Assembly (NCBI GenBank): GCA_965660545.1
Contig: CBFIAF010000002.1
Span: 78,335 to 142,334 of the forward strand
Origin: Alphaproteobacteria bacterium
GTDB lineage: Bacteria; Pseudomonadota; Alphaproteobacteria; Bin95
Length of the DNA stretch: 64,000 nucleotides
Direction: 5' to 3'
In this document: positions 10,477-21,405 of the stretch, piece after piece
How positions within the stretch are numbered: the stretch's first letter is position 1
How the letters are laid out: each line of letters opens with the position of its first letter
Notes under the pieces: model-generated
Database searches by the model: none
Seen by the model: the letters and a program-made list of their open reading frames with translations, nothing else
Told to the model about the DNA's origin: nothing
Made by a program: the position numbers and the translations under genes

Positions 10477-11115
10477 TCAGGCTCCGTCCATTGCATACTT
10501 CCGGCGCACCGGGAGCGGTTTGGGATCTTTGTTCGGCAGCCGTCCATTGGTCGCTATTTTTAGGAAATTTCCGAGCAACTGATGCCCATATTCGGACGCA
10601 ATGCTTTCCGGATGAAACTGAACAGCGTGGATCGGGCGATCCGCATGCATAACGCCCATGATGCATCCGTCCTCGGCGCGCGCATTAGCAATCAGGCTGT
10701 TCGGTAGTGATTGCGATTTAATAACAAGAGAATGATAACGCGTCGCCTCAAACTGATCCGGCAGGTTTTTAAACACACCTGTTTGGTCTGTTGAAACTAC
10801 ACTCAGTTTTCCGTGCAACGGCTCTGGTGCGCGTTCGATAACGCCACCAAATGCCTGACCGATTGTTTGATGGCCAAGGCAAACCCCGAAGATCGGCAAA
10901 TCATCCGGCGCTTGACGCACAACATCCAGGCAGATGCCTGCTTCATTGGGCGTGCACGGGCCGGGAGAGAGAACAATGCCCTCATACCCGCCGTTAATCA
11001 CCTCATCGACGGTAATCTCATCATTGCGTTTTACAGCCACGTCAGCGCCAAGCTCGCAGATGAAGTGCCGCAGATTATAGACAAAGCTGTCATAGTTATC
11101 GATCAGCATAAACAT
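10477..11115 (-). CDS. trpG: Anthranilate synthase component II (glutamine amidotransferase)
   Basis: 212 aa class-I GATase with …FGVCLGHQ… (catalytic Cys) and a C-terminal His/Glu pair. Confidence 0.9.
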   Translation of the reverse strand: MFMLIDNYDSFVYNLRHFICELGADVAVKRNDEITVDEVINGGYEGIVLSPGPCTPNEAGICLDVVRQAPDDLPIFGVCLGHQTIGQAFGGVIERAPEPLHGKLSVVSTDQTGVFKNLPDQFEATRYHSLVIKSQSLPNSLIANARAEDGCIMGVMHADRPIHAVQFHPESIASEYGHQLLGNFLKIATNGRLPNKDPKPLPVRRKYAMDGA

Positions 11116-11182
11116 ATGCGCGTCCTCGCGTTCCGCCGCGTTCGTCTGGGTCTACGGCAGCGTATACTAGGTTCGGGGGCCG

Positions 11183-12688
11183 TTAAAGCGACCGGGCGGC
11201 CTCTGCTGCTCGCACCAAGGCGCGGGCTTTGTCATGGCACTCTTGATATTCGGCTTCTGGATCACTGTCGGCAACGACGCCGACGCCAGCCTGCACATAC
11301 AATTTGCCGTCTTTCACAACACCAGTGCGCAAGGCGATGCAGGTATCCATTGAGCCATTAGATGCAAAATAGCCTATGCACCCGGCATAAACGCCGCGTT
11401 TTGTCGGTTCTAACTCATCAATGATTTCCATAGCCCGCACCTTTGGTGCACCAGATACGGTGCCAGCGGGGAAGCCTGCAATCAAAGCGCCGATTTCGTC
11501 ATATTCTGGCGTGATCTGGCCAATAACCGTTGAGCTCATGTGCATCACATGGCTGTAACGCTCAATATCAAATTGCGCCGTCACCTCCACACTGCCGATC
11601 TCGGATACCCGCCCAACATCATTCCGCGCCAAATCCAGCAGCATCAGATGTTCTGCGAGTTCCTTCGGATCGTTCTTTAGGTTCTCAGCCAGTGCGGCAT
11701 CCTCAGCCGCATTGCCACCGCGACGGCGGGTGCCTGCAAGCGGACGAATCGTGACGACATCATCGCGCGCACGGACTAAGATTTCTGGGCTGGAGCCGAC
11801 AATCGAGAAATCGCCATAATCCAGGAAGAACAGGAATGGTGAGGGGTTTAAGCGGCGAAGCGAGCGGTAGAGATCAAATGGCTCCTGCTCAAACGGTACG
11901 ACGAACCGTTGACTTGGCACGATCTGGAACGCGTCGCCGGCGCGTATATATTCCTTGGCCATCTCGACTGCCGCCAAAAAATCAGGCTTTGAGAAATTGG
12001 ACTCGATATCTTCTGGTACCAGCGGTTGGGCCGCTGCTCCAGGCAGGCGCGCGCGCGCGGGCATGGGGCCATTTAGTCGTTCAACGGCAGCAGCAAGCCG
12101 ACCAGTCGCCTCAGTATACGCCGTATCAGCCTCAACGCCTGATGCGGGGCGGACGGGTGTTACGATGGTGATGATATCGCCGACCGTATCAAATACAGCC
12201 ATGATCGTTGGGCGGACGAAAATTCCGTCTGGAATGCCGAGCGTGTCGTCTGGTTCGTTCGGCAGGCGCTCCATCAGGCGAACCATGTCGTAGCCCATAT
12301 ATCCTACCAGGCTCGACGCCATGGGCGGGAGGCCAACGGGCAGGCTTTCGATCTGCGACTCGGCAATCAGTGCACGCAGCGAATCAACTGAGCCTTGTTT
12401 CTCAACTTGATACGAAGCTTCGGTATGGGGTGCTGTGCGGCTCACCTCAGCCTGATTGCCCCGGCATCGCCAGATAAGGTCCGGCTCAATGCCGATAAAG
12501 GAATAGCGCCCTCGGGTTTCCCCGCCTTCGACGCTTTCCAGAATGAAGCTATTGGGGCCGCCGCCAGACAGTTTGAGCATGGCGGACACAGTTGTTTCTA
12601 GATCAGCGGAAACTTGTGTCCACGCGACTTGCGGCGCCCCGATGTTATATGTCTGAGCAAAGGTCGAGCGTTCGGGGTCTATGCGCAT
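11183..12688 (-). CDS. trpE: Anthranilate synthase component I
   Basis: 501 aa. Chorismate-binding motifs …GAVGYF…, …PLAGTRRRG… and LNPSPFLFFLDYGDF. The start is only 5 nt downstream of the ppiD stop, leaving no room for a leader peptide or attenuator. Confidence 0.93.
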   Translation of the reverse strand: MRIDPERSTFAQTYNIGAPQVAWTQVSADLETTVSAMLKLSGGGPNSFILESVEGGETRGRYSFIGIEPDLIWRCRGNQAEVSRTAPHTEASYQVEKQGSVDSLRALIAESQIESLPVGLPPMASSLVGYMGYDMVRLMERLPNEPDDTLGIPDGIFVRPTIMAVFDTVGDIITIVTPVRPASGVEADTAYTEATGRLAAAVERLNGPMPARARLPGAAAQPLVPEDIESNFSKPDFLAAVEMAKEYIRAGDAFQIVPSQRFVVPFEQEPFDLYRSLRRLNPSPFLFFLDYGDFSIVGSSPEILVRARDDVVTIRPLAGTRRRGGNAAEDAALAENLKNDPKELAEHLMLLDLARNDVGRVSEIGSVEVTAQFDIERYSHVMHMSSTVIGQITPEYDEIGALIAGFPAGTVSGAPKVRAMEIIDELEPTKRGVYAGCIGYFASNGSMDTCIALRTGVVKDGKLYVQAGVGVVADSDPEAEYQECHDKARALVRAAEAARSL

Positions 12689-12693
12689 TTGGT

Positions 12694-14580
12694 CTACTGC
12701 AAGTATTGGCCGGCGGGCGGCGCTTCAGGGACATTGTTAATCGTTGTTGGGTTTGCTGCACGCGCGACTGCGCCTAGAACCTCGACACGATCATTCGCGT
12801 AAACATTGGCGAGCTGCGCCATGTATTTAGCTTCCGCTTCGCCGTTCGGATTAAACGTCGGCTTTGTAACCGACTGGACGTAGACAATTGCTATGGCATC
12901 GCCATTGATTGCTTGAACTGACGTCTTCTCCGCCGCTGCAAACACGCTCTCGATCAGGCCTGCTGGAAGCTCGGTTTCCTGTTGCAGGACCTGCCGTGTT
13001 TTCGGCGCAAACTCTGTAACGGAGAGGCCAACGGCTGTCGCAGCATCTTTGAACGCCGTCATGTCTTGTGCTTCGCCAATTGCTTTCGCTTGGGCAATGG
13101 CGGCTTCGGATTGCTTCTCCGATTGCCAAGCCTTAGCCGCGTCCGCTTGAACATCCTCATACGGTTTCGGCGCAGAGGGTGTGATCTTGTCGACGATCAG
13201 GGAAACGAATGACCCATCCTTTAGCTCAATCAAGCCGCTCTGATCGCCAGCATTCCGATCAAAGACAGTACTTATGAAAGTTTGGTCGCTTGGCAGACCA
13301 TGCAGGCTCTGGCCTGAGGCATCTGCTCCGTTCTCGCTATAGCCAGTAACGGAAATCGGCGCGAGGCCTGCTGACTTGCTTGCGGCTTCTAGACCTTCAC
13401 CGGCAGCCAAAGCGTCTTCAGCGGCATTCGCAACGTCGATCAGGCCATTGTTTGCGCGTTCCTGGCGAAGCTGTTCTGTGATCGCAGGCTTTATATCGGC
13501 AAGCGGCGTTGTTTTCTTTGGCTCAATCTTCGAAACTAAAATAACGTGCCACCCAAGTCTGGATTCATGCGCTTCGGTTAGGCCTTCCGTTGAAATACTA
13601 TAGACGGTCTCACCGACAGAAGCCGGAAAGATCGCTGAGCGTTGCAACGGGCCAAGGTCCGTCACTAGCGCACCCGCGAATTCAGCAGCGGTCCCGAAGG
13701 CTTCAGGGTCCTTTGGGGCGACCTGCTTGAAGGTTTTGGCTGCCGTGGCGTCACTGAACAGTGCTTGGGTCAGAGTCCGCACTTCAGGCTGCACGAAGCT
13801 TGCCTTATTTGATTCATAAAATGCAGCAATGTCCGCATCTGAAATTTCAGTGGCTGCAGCGACGCGAGGGACCGAGATATAAAGCACCCGAATGTCGCGA
13901 CGCTCAGGTTCGGCGAAGCGTGCGGCATTGGCGGCAATGTATTCTTTTGTCTGAGCCTTTGTTGGAGCAATCGGCGTAACAGCGCTCAACGGCAGGCTGG
14001 CAGTCGCGACTGCCCGGGTCTGGGTTTCCAACGCGTACATCATCTCCGCCAAAGGCTTCGGCGGGGGTAACTTAATCGCGACGGCCTCACCCAATTGCTG
14101 GCGTATAAGCTCTTTTTGTAGGCTGTTCACATAATTATCCTCACCAATACCAGCGTTAAAAAGCGCTTGGCGGAAGCGGTTTGCATCAAAATTGCCAGCT
14201 TGCGTCTGAAATGAAGGATCAGACATGATGGCGTTGCGGACCGCATCTTCACCTGCTTTGACGCCAAGATTCCGAGCTTCCATGTCAAGCGCAGCTTGAC
14301 CGATTAGTTGATCCAACGCTGCAGCCCGGATAGCACCTTCAGGCAGGGATGATGCGTCAAACCGCGCGCCAAGTAGCTGTCGCATCTGCTCAATTTGGCG
14401 ACGTTCAGCTATATCTACGCTATCGCGGCGGATCTCAATCTCACCAACTTCGGCCAGAACAGGGTTGGCTTCAGGCGTCAGATAATCCCCGATACCCCAG
14501 GCCGCAAAGCTCAGAATGAGGAGACCGAACAGAATTTTCGCCACCCAACCGGCGGCTTGCTTGCGCATTGCGATGAGCAT
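12694..14580 (-). CDS. ppiD: Periplasmic chaperone / peptidyl-prolyl isomerase PpiD (SurA N-terminal domain plus parvulin domain)
   Basis: 628 aa. N-terminal membrane anchor (AKILFGLLILSFAAWGIG) followed by a long periplasmic region. Its position upstream of trpE is conserved in Rhizobiales. Confidence 0.8.
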   Translation of the reverse strand: MLIAMRKQAAGWVAKILFGLLILSFAAWGIGDYLTPEANPVLAEVGEIEIRRDSVDIAERRQIEQMRQLLGARFDASSLPEGAIRAAALDQLIGQAALDMEARNLGVKAGEDAVRNAIMSDPSFQTQAGNFDANRFRQALFNAGIGEDNYVNSLQKELIRQQLGEAVAIKLPPPKPLAEMMYALETQTRAVATASLPLSAVTPIAPTKAQTKEYIAANAARFAEPERRDIRVLYISVPRVAAATEISDADIAAFYESNKASFVQPEVRTLTQALFSDATAAKTFKQVAPKDPEAFGTAAEFAGALVTDLGPLQRSAIFPASVGETVYSISTEGLTEAHESRLGWHVILVSKIEPKKTTPLADIKPAITEQLRQERANNGLIDVANAAEDALAAGEGLEAASKSAGLAPISVTGYSENGADASGQSLHGLPSDQTFISTVFDRNAGDQSGLIELKDGSFVSLIVDKITPSAPKPYEDVQADAAKAWQSEKQSEAAIAQAKAIGEAQDMTAFKDAATAVGLSVTEFAPKTRQVLQQETELPAGLIESVFAAAEKTSVQAINGDAIAIVYVQSVTKPTFNPNGEAEAKYMAQLANVYANDRVEVLGAVARAANPTTINNVPEAPPAGQYLQ

Positions 14581-14772
14581 GTACGGACCCTGTATCTTGA
14601 TGAATGAATAGGGTGGATAAGGCCGCGGATCATAGGGATGTCAGGACCGTCCGGCAATCCGGCAAGGGACCGGAATTGGACATTTTGCTCTTTATGACTG
14701 CTTTATATGGCGTCACATATGCTTGATTCGAGGATGAGCGCTCGAATTGTCGCATCAAATAAGGATTTTGCC

Positions 14773-15531
14773 TTGAGCCAACCCGAATATCTAATCGCCG
14801 GAAATTGGAAAATGAATGGGCTCGGGGCCGATGCTGATGCACTGGCTAAAGGTATGGCGGATGGTGCGGCATCGGCCCCATCCGTCACAGAGCTGCTTGT
14901 ATGTCCGCCTTACCTTCATATTGAACGGGTTGGTGCCGCTTTGGCTGGATCCAAGGCCAACGTCGGTGGCCAAGACTGCCATAACGAAATTTCAGGCGCT
15001 TTCACGGGCGATGTATCTGCCGAGATGCTGGCGGACATGGGCTGTTCTTATGTCATCGTTGGTCACTCTGAGCGTCGCGATGGCCACCGGGAAAGTGACC
15101 CTGAGATCTGGGCAAAGGCGTCCGCTGCGTTGCGGGCTGGTCTCAAACCAATCGTCTGTGTTGGCGAGACGGAGCAGGAACGCCTAGCCGATAAAGCGGA
15201 AGAAACAGTCGCCCGCCAAGTTCGCGCTTGCACACCAGACGGCGTAAATGGTGCCAAAATCGCGCTCGCTTATGAACCGGTATGGGCGATCGGCAGTGGA
15301 CGTACACCGACTCATGATGAAATTGCAGCCGTGCATAAGGCTATGCGGGACGCGCTGATTGATATGCTTGGCGCTGATGCTGGCAGCGGTATCCGGCTGC
15401 TCTACGGCGGTTCCGTGAAGCCATCGAATGCCAGAGAAATTATGGCGTTGGAGAACGTCAACGGTGCGCTTATCGGCGGGGCTAGCCTTAAGGCTGAAGA
15501 TTTCTTGGGCATAGCGGCAACCTGCGCCTAG
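14773..15531 (+). CDS. tpiA: Triosephosphate isomerase
   Basis: NWKMNG, YEPVWAIGSGRTPT and LYGGSVKPSNA motifs. The track ORF starts at ATG 14707. A TTG at 14773, preceded by an AAGGA ribosome-binding site, gives the canonical MSQPEYLIAGNWKMNG N-terminus (252 aa). Confidence 0.9.
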   Translation: MSQPEYLIAGNWKMNGLGADADALAKGMADGAASAPSVTELLVCPPYLHIERVGAALAGSKANVGGQDCHNEISGAFTGDVSAEMLADMGCSYVIVGHSERRDGHRESDPEIWAKASAALRAGLKPIVCVGETEQERLADKAEETVARQVRACTPDGVNGAKIALAYEPVWAIGSGRTPTHDEIAAVHKAMRDALIDMLGADAGSGIRLLYGGSVKPSNAREIMALENVNGALIGGASLKAEDFLGIAATCA

Positions 15532-15614
15532 AAACTCGCGGCTTCTAACTGTACATAGAGGGTCAAATCAAACGGTCGTGTCGCGCGAAACTATGCGCGC
15601 GCCCTTATGAAAGC

Positions 15615-15941
15615 TTGGAAACCATGGTTCCAATCATCTTGACGATCCATATTTTGATTGCGGCAGCTCTTGTCGTCGTCGTCCTGTTGCAACGCTCTGA
15701 GGGGGGCGGGCTTGGAATTGGCGGTGGCGGCGGCGGCGGCGGCGGCGGCACTGGCCTGATGACTGGGCGAAGCGCAGCTACTTTGCTAACGCGGTCCACT
15801 GGCGCGCTTGCTGTCGGCTTTTTTGCAACGAGCTTGATCCTGGCGATTCTAGCCAGCGGGTCAAACACGCAGCGCTCGATCATTGAAACACCGGCAGCAA
15901 CCTCTCAGCCGCTCATGCCGAGTGCGCCGACTGCACAGTAG
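15615..15941 (+). CDS. secG: Preprotein translocase subunit SecG
   Basis: 108 aa. Two TM segments flank a Gly-rich loop (…VVVVLLQRSEGGGLGIGGGGGGGGGGTGLMTG…). The tpiA-secG-pyrG gene order is typical. Confidence 0.85.
   Translation: METMVPIILTIHILIAAALVVVVLLQRSEGGGLGIGGGGGGGGGGTGLMTGRSAATLLTRSTGALAVGFFATSLILAILASGSNTQRSIIETPAATSQPLMPSAPTAQ
15720..15749 (+). repeat. Trinucleotide microsatellite GGC GGT (GGC)8 inside secG, encoding a G10 homopolymer
   Basis: Seen directly: ggcggtggcggcggcggcggcggcggcggc, in frame with secG. Confidence 0.95.
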
Positions 15942-16005
15942 GAAGCTAGCGCAAACTGGTGTTCACGCTTTGATCAAAGTGCGAGGGGGGGCTTAACGGC
16001 GCGCG

Positions 16006-17634
16006 ATGTCGAAATTTATTTTCATAACAGGCGGCGTCGCATCTTCCCTTGGTAAGGGCGTTGCGTCAGCAGCTTTGGGTGCCTTGTTGCAAGCGCGTGG
16101 ATACAGTGTCCGTCTGCGCAAGTTTGATCCGTACTTGAATATCGACCCCGGTACGATGAGCCCATATCAGCACGGGGAAGTGTTTGTTACCGATGACGGC
16201 GCAGAAACTGATCTCGATCTCGGCCATTACGAACGGTATCTCAATCAGTCTGGTAGTAAGAGTGACAGCGTCACGACTGGCCGTATTTATGAAAGTGTTC
16301 TGCAGCGGGAACGGAAGGGCTTGTATCTGGGTGCCACCGTGCAGGTCATCCCGCACGTCACTGACATGATCAAGGAATTCATCCAGGTGGACCTGGACGA
16401 TGAGGATTTTGTGCTGTGCGAGATCGGCGGCACAGTCGGCGATATTGAGAGCCTGCCGTTCATTGAGGCGATCCGTCAGCTCCGTCACGAACTTGGCACC
16501 AAGCAAACGATGTTTGTGCACTTAACACTGGTGCCATATATCTCGGCTGCTGGTGAATTGAAGACCAAGCCTACGCAACATTCCGTCAAAGATTTGCTGA
16601 GTTCCGGCATTCAGCCCGACATGTTACTTTGTAGGTCAGACCGCCCAATTCCAGCAGATGCGCAGCGCAAGATCGCGCTGTTCTGCAATATCCGCGAAGA
16701 GCGCGTTATTCAGGCCATCGACGTAGACACCACATATGCGACGCCGCTGACCTACAATGCAGAAGGTTTCGATACGGAGGTTTTGAAGCATTTCAGCTTA
16801 GCCGATGAAACGGCGCCTGACCTTAGCATTTGGCGTGAGATTGTGGAGCGTGTGCAACAGCCGGAAGGTGCCGTGCGCATTGGTGTTGTTGGAAAATATA
16901 CAGTCCTGAAGGACGCCTACAAATCACTTATCGAAGCGCTGAATCATGGTGGAATCGCTAACAATGTGAAGGTTGAGTGCGTCTGGATTGAGGCTGAAGC
17001 GTTTGAGCAGTCGGGCGATAATTCCCAGCTTGAAGACGTGCATGGCATTTTAGTGCCGGGCGGATTCGGCGAACGCGGCGCTGAAGGTAAAATCTTCGCA
17101 GCAAAGTTCGCACGTGAAGAGAAGTTGCCCTATTTCGGCATTTGTTTTGGCATGCAGATGGCTGTGATTGAGATGGCGCGATCTGTTGTCGGCTGGAAGG
17201 ACGCTGGCTCGACAGAATTCGGCCCGACAATGCGCCCTGTCGTCGGCCTAATGACGGAGTGGAAGCGAGGGGGTGAGGTCGAGATTCGCGACAATGACAG
17301 CGATCTCGGGGGCACAATGCGACTTGGCGCTTATCCGGCGTCTCTTAAAAAAGGGTCTCGCGTCGCGGAAGCGTATGGCGAGACGCTGGTGCACGAACGT
17401 CACCGTCATCGCTATGAAATCAATATCTCCTATCGTGAAGAAATCGAAGCGGCAGGGATGATCTTCTCTGGCCTATCGCCGGACGGGCGCTTGCCTGAGA
17501 TTGTGGAACTTTCCGACCATCCCTGGTTTATCGGGGTGCAGTTCCATCCGGAGCTGAAATCCAGGCCGATGGAACCGCATCCGTTGTTCCGATCCTTCAT
17601 TGCGGCTGCGCTGCACCAGGCGCGGCTCGTTTAA
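16006..17634 (+). CDS. pyrG: CTP synthase
   Basis: 542 aa. [19 protein letters not shown]-terminus and a C-terminal GATase (…GICFGMQ…). Confidence 0.95.
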   Translation: MSKFIFITGGVASSLGKGVASAALGALLQARGYSVRLRKFDPYLNIDPGTMSPYQHGEVFVTDDGAETDLDLGHYERYLNQSGSKSDSVTTGRIYESVLQRERKGLYLGATVQVIPHVTDMIKEFIQVDLDDEDFVLCEIGGTVGDIESLPFIEAIRQLRHELGTKQTMFVHLTLVPYISAAGELKTKPTQHSVKDLLSSGIQPDMLLCRSDRPIPADAQRKIALFCNIREERVIQAIDVDTTYATPLTYNAEGFDTEVLKHFSLADETAPDLSIWREIVERVQQPEGAVRIGVVGKYTVLKDAYKSLIEALNHGGIANNVKVECVWIEAEAFEQSGDNSQLEDVHGILVPGGFGERGAEGKIFAAKFAREEKLPYFGICFGMQMAVIEMARSVVGWKDAGSTEFGPTMRPVVGLMTEWKRGGEVEIRDNDSDLGGTMRLGAYPASLKKGSRVAEAYGETLVHERHRHRYEINISYREEIEAAGMIFSGLSPDGRLPEIVELSDHPWFIGVQFHPELKSRPMEPHPLFRSFIAAALHQARLV

Positions 17635-17654
17635 TTTACCGTCGGAGAGTCTGC

Positions 17655-18491
17655 ATGACGAAATTTGTCGACGTAGGCGGCGCCGTATTTGACGGTGCGA
17701 AGCGGTTTTCGCTCATAGCGGGACCGTGTGCGATCGAAAGCCGGGCGCATGCTCTGGAAACGGCGGAAGCGATAAAGGCGATCGCTGATCGTGTCGGTGT
17801 ATCTCTTGTCTATAAATCTTCATTCGACAAAGCTAATCGCACCAGCCTATCAAGCGCGCGGGGCATCGGGATGGCTGAAGGTCTCGATATCTTAAGTGAC
17901 GTGCGTCAAACGCTTGGGCTGCCTGTTACAACTGATGTCCATACCGAAGCCCAGTGCGTTGCTGCGGCTGAAGCCGTGTCGCTCCTGCAGATTCCAGCTT
18001 TCCTATGTCGTCAGACTGATCTGCTGGTTTCGGCAGCTGAAACCTGTTGTGCGGTGAATATAAAGAAGGGGCAATTTTTAGCACCCTGGGACATGCAGCA
18101 TGTGGCGGCCAAGCTTAAGGCGGCAGGTGCGAGCGGCGTGATTTTGACCGAGCGTGGGACGAGCTTTGGCTACAACACGCTCGTATCCGATATGCGATCC
18201 ATACCGATCATGGCCAAGGACGGCGCGCCGGTTGTGTTTGATGCAACCCATTCAGTGCAACAGCCAGGCGGGCAGGGCGGCACATCCGGCGGGCAACGCG
18301 AATTTGTGCCTGTGCTTGCCAGGGCGGCAATATCTGTGGGCGTCGCAGGGTTATTCGTTGAAACACATCGCGACCCTGACAGCGCGCCGAGTGATGGCCC
18401 CAATATGGTGCCGGTGGACCAACTTGAAGCCATGTTGGACTTGTTTGTCCAGTTGGATGACATCGCCAAAGCAAATCCCGTTTCTATCTAA
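17655..18491 (+). CDS. kdsA: 3-deoxy-8-phosphooctulonate (KDO8P) synthase
   Basis: 278 aa. IAGPCAIES, KSSFDKANRTS and DATHSVQQPG motifs. Confidence 0.92.
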   Translation: MTKFVDVGGAVFDGAKRFSLIAGPCAIESRAHALETAEAIKAIADRVGVSLVYKSSFDKANRTSLSSARGIGMAEGLDILSDVRQTLGLPVTTDVHTEAQCVAAAEAVSLLQIPAFLCRQTDLLVSAAETCCAVNIKKGQFLAPWDMQHVAAKLKAAGASGVILTERGTSFGYNTLVSDMRSIPIMAKDGAPVVFDATHSVQQPGGQGGTSGGQREFVPVLARAAISVGVAGLFVETHRDPDSAPSDGPNMVPVDQLEAMLDLFVQLDDIAKANPVSI

Positions 18492-18506
18492 GCATTCTCT
18501 CTTTGA

Positions 18507-19796
<1,290 letters not shown>

Positions 19797-19872
19797 TGAG
19801 TCGCACCAAGTAATGGGCAATTTTCTGCAGAATTATGTTGACGTAGGATTCGCGACATGATCCATCTGCAGG

Positions 19873-20184
19873 ATGGAGATGGCGCTTGACATCAAGAAAC
19901 GCCTGAAAGGCTTAGTGTGGCCTTTGGTGTTTGCGTGTCTTGCTGTTTATTTTGGTGTTCATCTGGTTCGAAATGACCACGGCGTGCTGGCTATGCAGGC
20001 ATTTGATCTTCGAATTGCTGATGCTGAGAACGAGTTAGCTGGCTTAATGGCGACTAGGGTCGGTCTCGAACGTGACACGTTCTTACTGCGGCCTGAGACG
20101 ATGCACCCCGATTCGCTTGGGGAACATGCTCGCCGGCGCCTTAACATGGGCGCGGAGCGCGAAGTGGTTGTTTTCCAGAAATAA
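19873..20184 (+). CDS. ftsB: Septum formation initiator / cell division protein FtsB (DivIC family)
   Basis: 103 aa. One TM segment followed by a coiled-coil region. The position between eno and pdhA is conserved in alphaproteobacteria. Confidence 0.75.
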   Translation: MEMALDIKKRLKGLVWPLVFACLAVYFGVHLVRNDHGVLAMQAFDLRIADAENELAGLMATRVGLERDTFLLRPETMHPDSLGEHARRRLNMGAEREVVVFQK

Positions 20185-20321
20185 GGTTTGATTGGCCAAT
20201 CGCATTTCTCGCTTGGTGAAATCACCGATCACGGCTTGTTCATTGCCATGGTGATATGAGCGGTCTATGGTTTTATCATAGGCGCTTACGGGCGTTTCAG
20301 AAATGCAAATCGGAGAGGGCG

Positions 20322-21383
20322 ATGGCGCGAGCGGCTTCTAAGAGCGGGACAGCCAGTAAGGCTTCAGCAAAACCGGCAGCTAAACGTACGGCGAGCAGGT
20401 CAAAAGCCAAGGCCAAGCCATCATTCGATAATTATACCCTGATACAGTTTTATAAGGACATGCTGCTGATCCGCCGGTTTGAAGAGCGCGCAGGACAGCT
20501 ATACGGCATGGGCCTGATCGGCGGCTTCTGCCATCTCTATATAGGCCAGGAAGCAGTCGTTATTGGTATGCAGCATGCGCTTGATGAGCGTGACGCCGTT
20601 ATTACCGGCTATCGCGATCACGGGCATATGCTGGCTTGTGGAATGGAAGCCCGTGGCGTGATGGCTGAACTCACTGGCCGCAAGGATGGGTATTCCCACG
20701 GTAAAGGTGGGTCTATGCACATGTTCAGCCGGGAGAAGCGCTTCTTCGGCGGTCATGGCATCGTCGGCGCACAGGTGCCGCTTGGTGGCGGGTTGGCATT
20801 CGCTGCTAAATATCGTGATACCGGCGGCGTATCGGTTGCGTATTTCGGTGATGGCGCATCCAACCAAGGCCAGATCGCTGAAACCATGAATATGGCGTCG
20901 CTCTGGAAGCTGCCGTTAATTATGGTGATAGAAAATAATAAGTACGGCATGGGGACATCGGTGAACCGGTCGTCCGCTGGCCCAGCTTTACATCTTCGTG
21001 GTGACGCCTATGGCGTCAAGAACAAAAAGATAGATGGCATGAACGTCATGACTATGGCGGAAGAATGCAAGGAAGCTGTTGAATACTCCCGGACTAACGG
21101 CCCTGTCCTGCTGGAAGCAGAAACATACCGTTATCGCGGCCATTCGATGTCTGATCCGGCTAAATACCGTTCCCGTGATGAAGTCAACAAGATCCGGGAA
21201 GAACGCGATCCAATCGAGACACTCCGTGAGTATCTAATCAAGAGCCAAATCATAGACGCGGGCGCACTTAAAACGATTGACGCTGATGTGCGTGCTGTCG
21301 TGGCGGATTCGGCAGAGTTTGCGCAATCGAGTCCAGAGCCCGATCAGTCAGAGCTTTACACCGATATTCTGATCGAAGCGTAA
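20322..21383 (+). CDS. pdhA: Pyruvate dehydrogenase E1 component alpha subunit
   Basis: The YRDHGH… motif and a TPP-binding region are present. The track ORF starts at 20256, but ATG 20322, preceded by GGAGAGGG, gives MARAASKSG…, a Lys/Ala-rich basic N-terminal tail as in other alphaproteobacterial PdhA proteins. Confidence 0.9.
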   Translation: MARAASKSGTASKASAKPAAKRTASRSKAKAKPSFDNYTLIQFYKDMLLIRRFEERAGQLYGMGLIGGFCHLYIGQEAVVIGMQHALDERDAVITGYRDHGHMLACGMEARGVMAELTGRKDGYSHGKGGSMHMFSREKRFFGGHGIVGAQVPLGGGLAFAAKYRDTGGVSVAYFGDGASNQGQIAETMNMASLWKLPLIMVIENNKYGMGTSVNRSSAGPALHLRGDAYGVKNKKIDGMNVMTMAEECKEAVEYSRTNGPVLLEAETYRYRGHSMSDPAKYRSRDEVNKIREERDPIETLREYLIKSQIIDAGALKTIDADVRAVVADSAEFAQSSPEPDQSELYTDILIEA

Positions 21384-21405
21384 GCGCGCGAGCAGGGGGA
21401 ATACC

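Noticed and set aside
12689-12693. trp leader peptide or attenuator upstream of trpE
   Set aside because: Only 5 nt separate the ppiD stop and the trpE start, and no Trp-rich small ORF is possible there.
14581-14706. Possible small RNA or ORF in the ppiD-tpiA divergent spacer
   Set aside because: It contains only short direct repeats (ccggcaa tccggcaa) and no convincing hairpin-plus-U-tract or conserved motif. It is most simply two divergent promoters.
15605-15883. Minus-strand ORF encoding a poly-proline run
   Set aside because: Mirror image of the (GGC)n repeat in secG, and the rest of the translation is non-protein-like.
20256-20321. N-terminal extensions given by the ORF track for pdhA (20256), lipA (25645), trpD (10547), hfq (37926), pleD (49714), hyuB (54633), the SDR (56474) and the cyclic amidohydrolase (44125)
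   Set aside because: These extensions overlap the upstream gene or add non-homologous residues. Internal starts with better spacing, ribosome-binding sites and family-typical N-termini were chosen instead.
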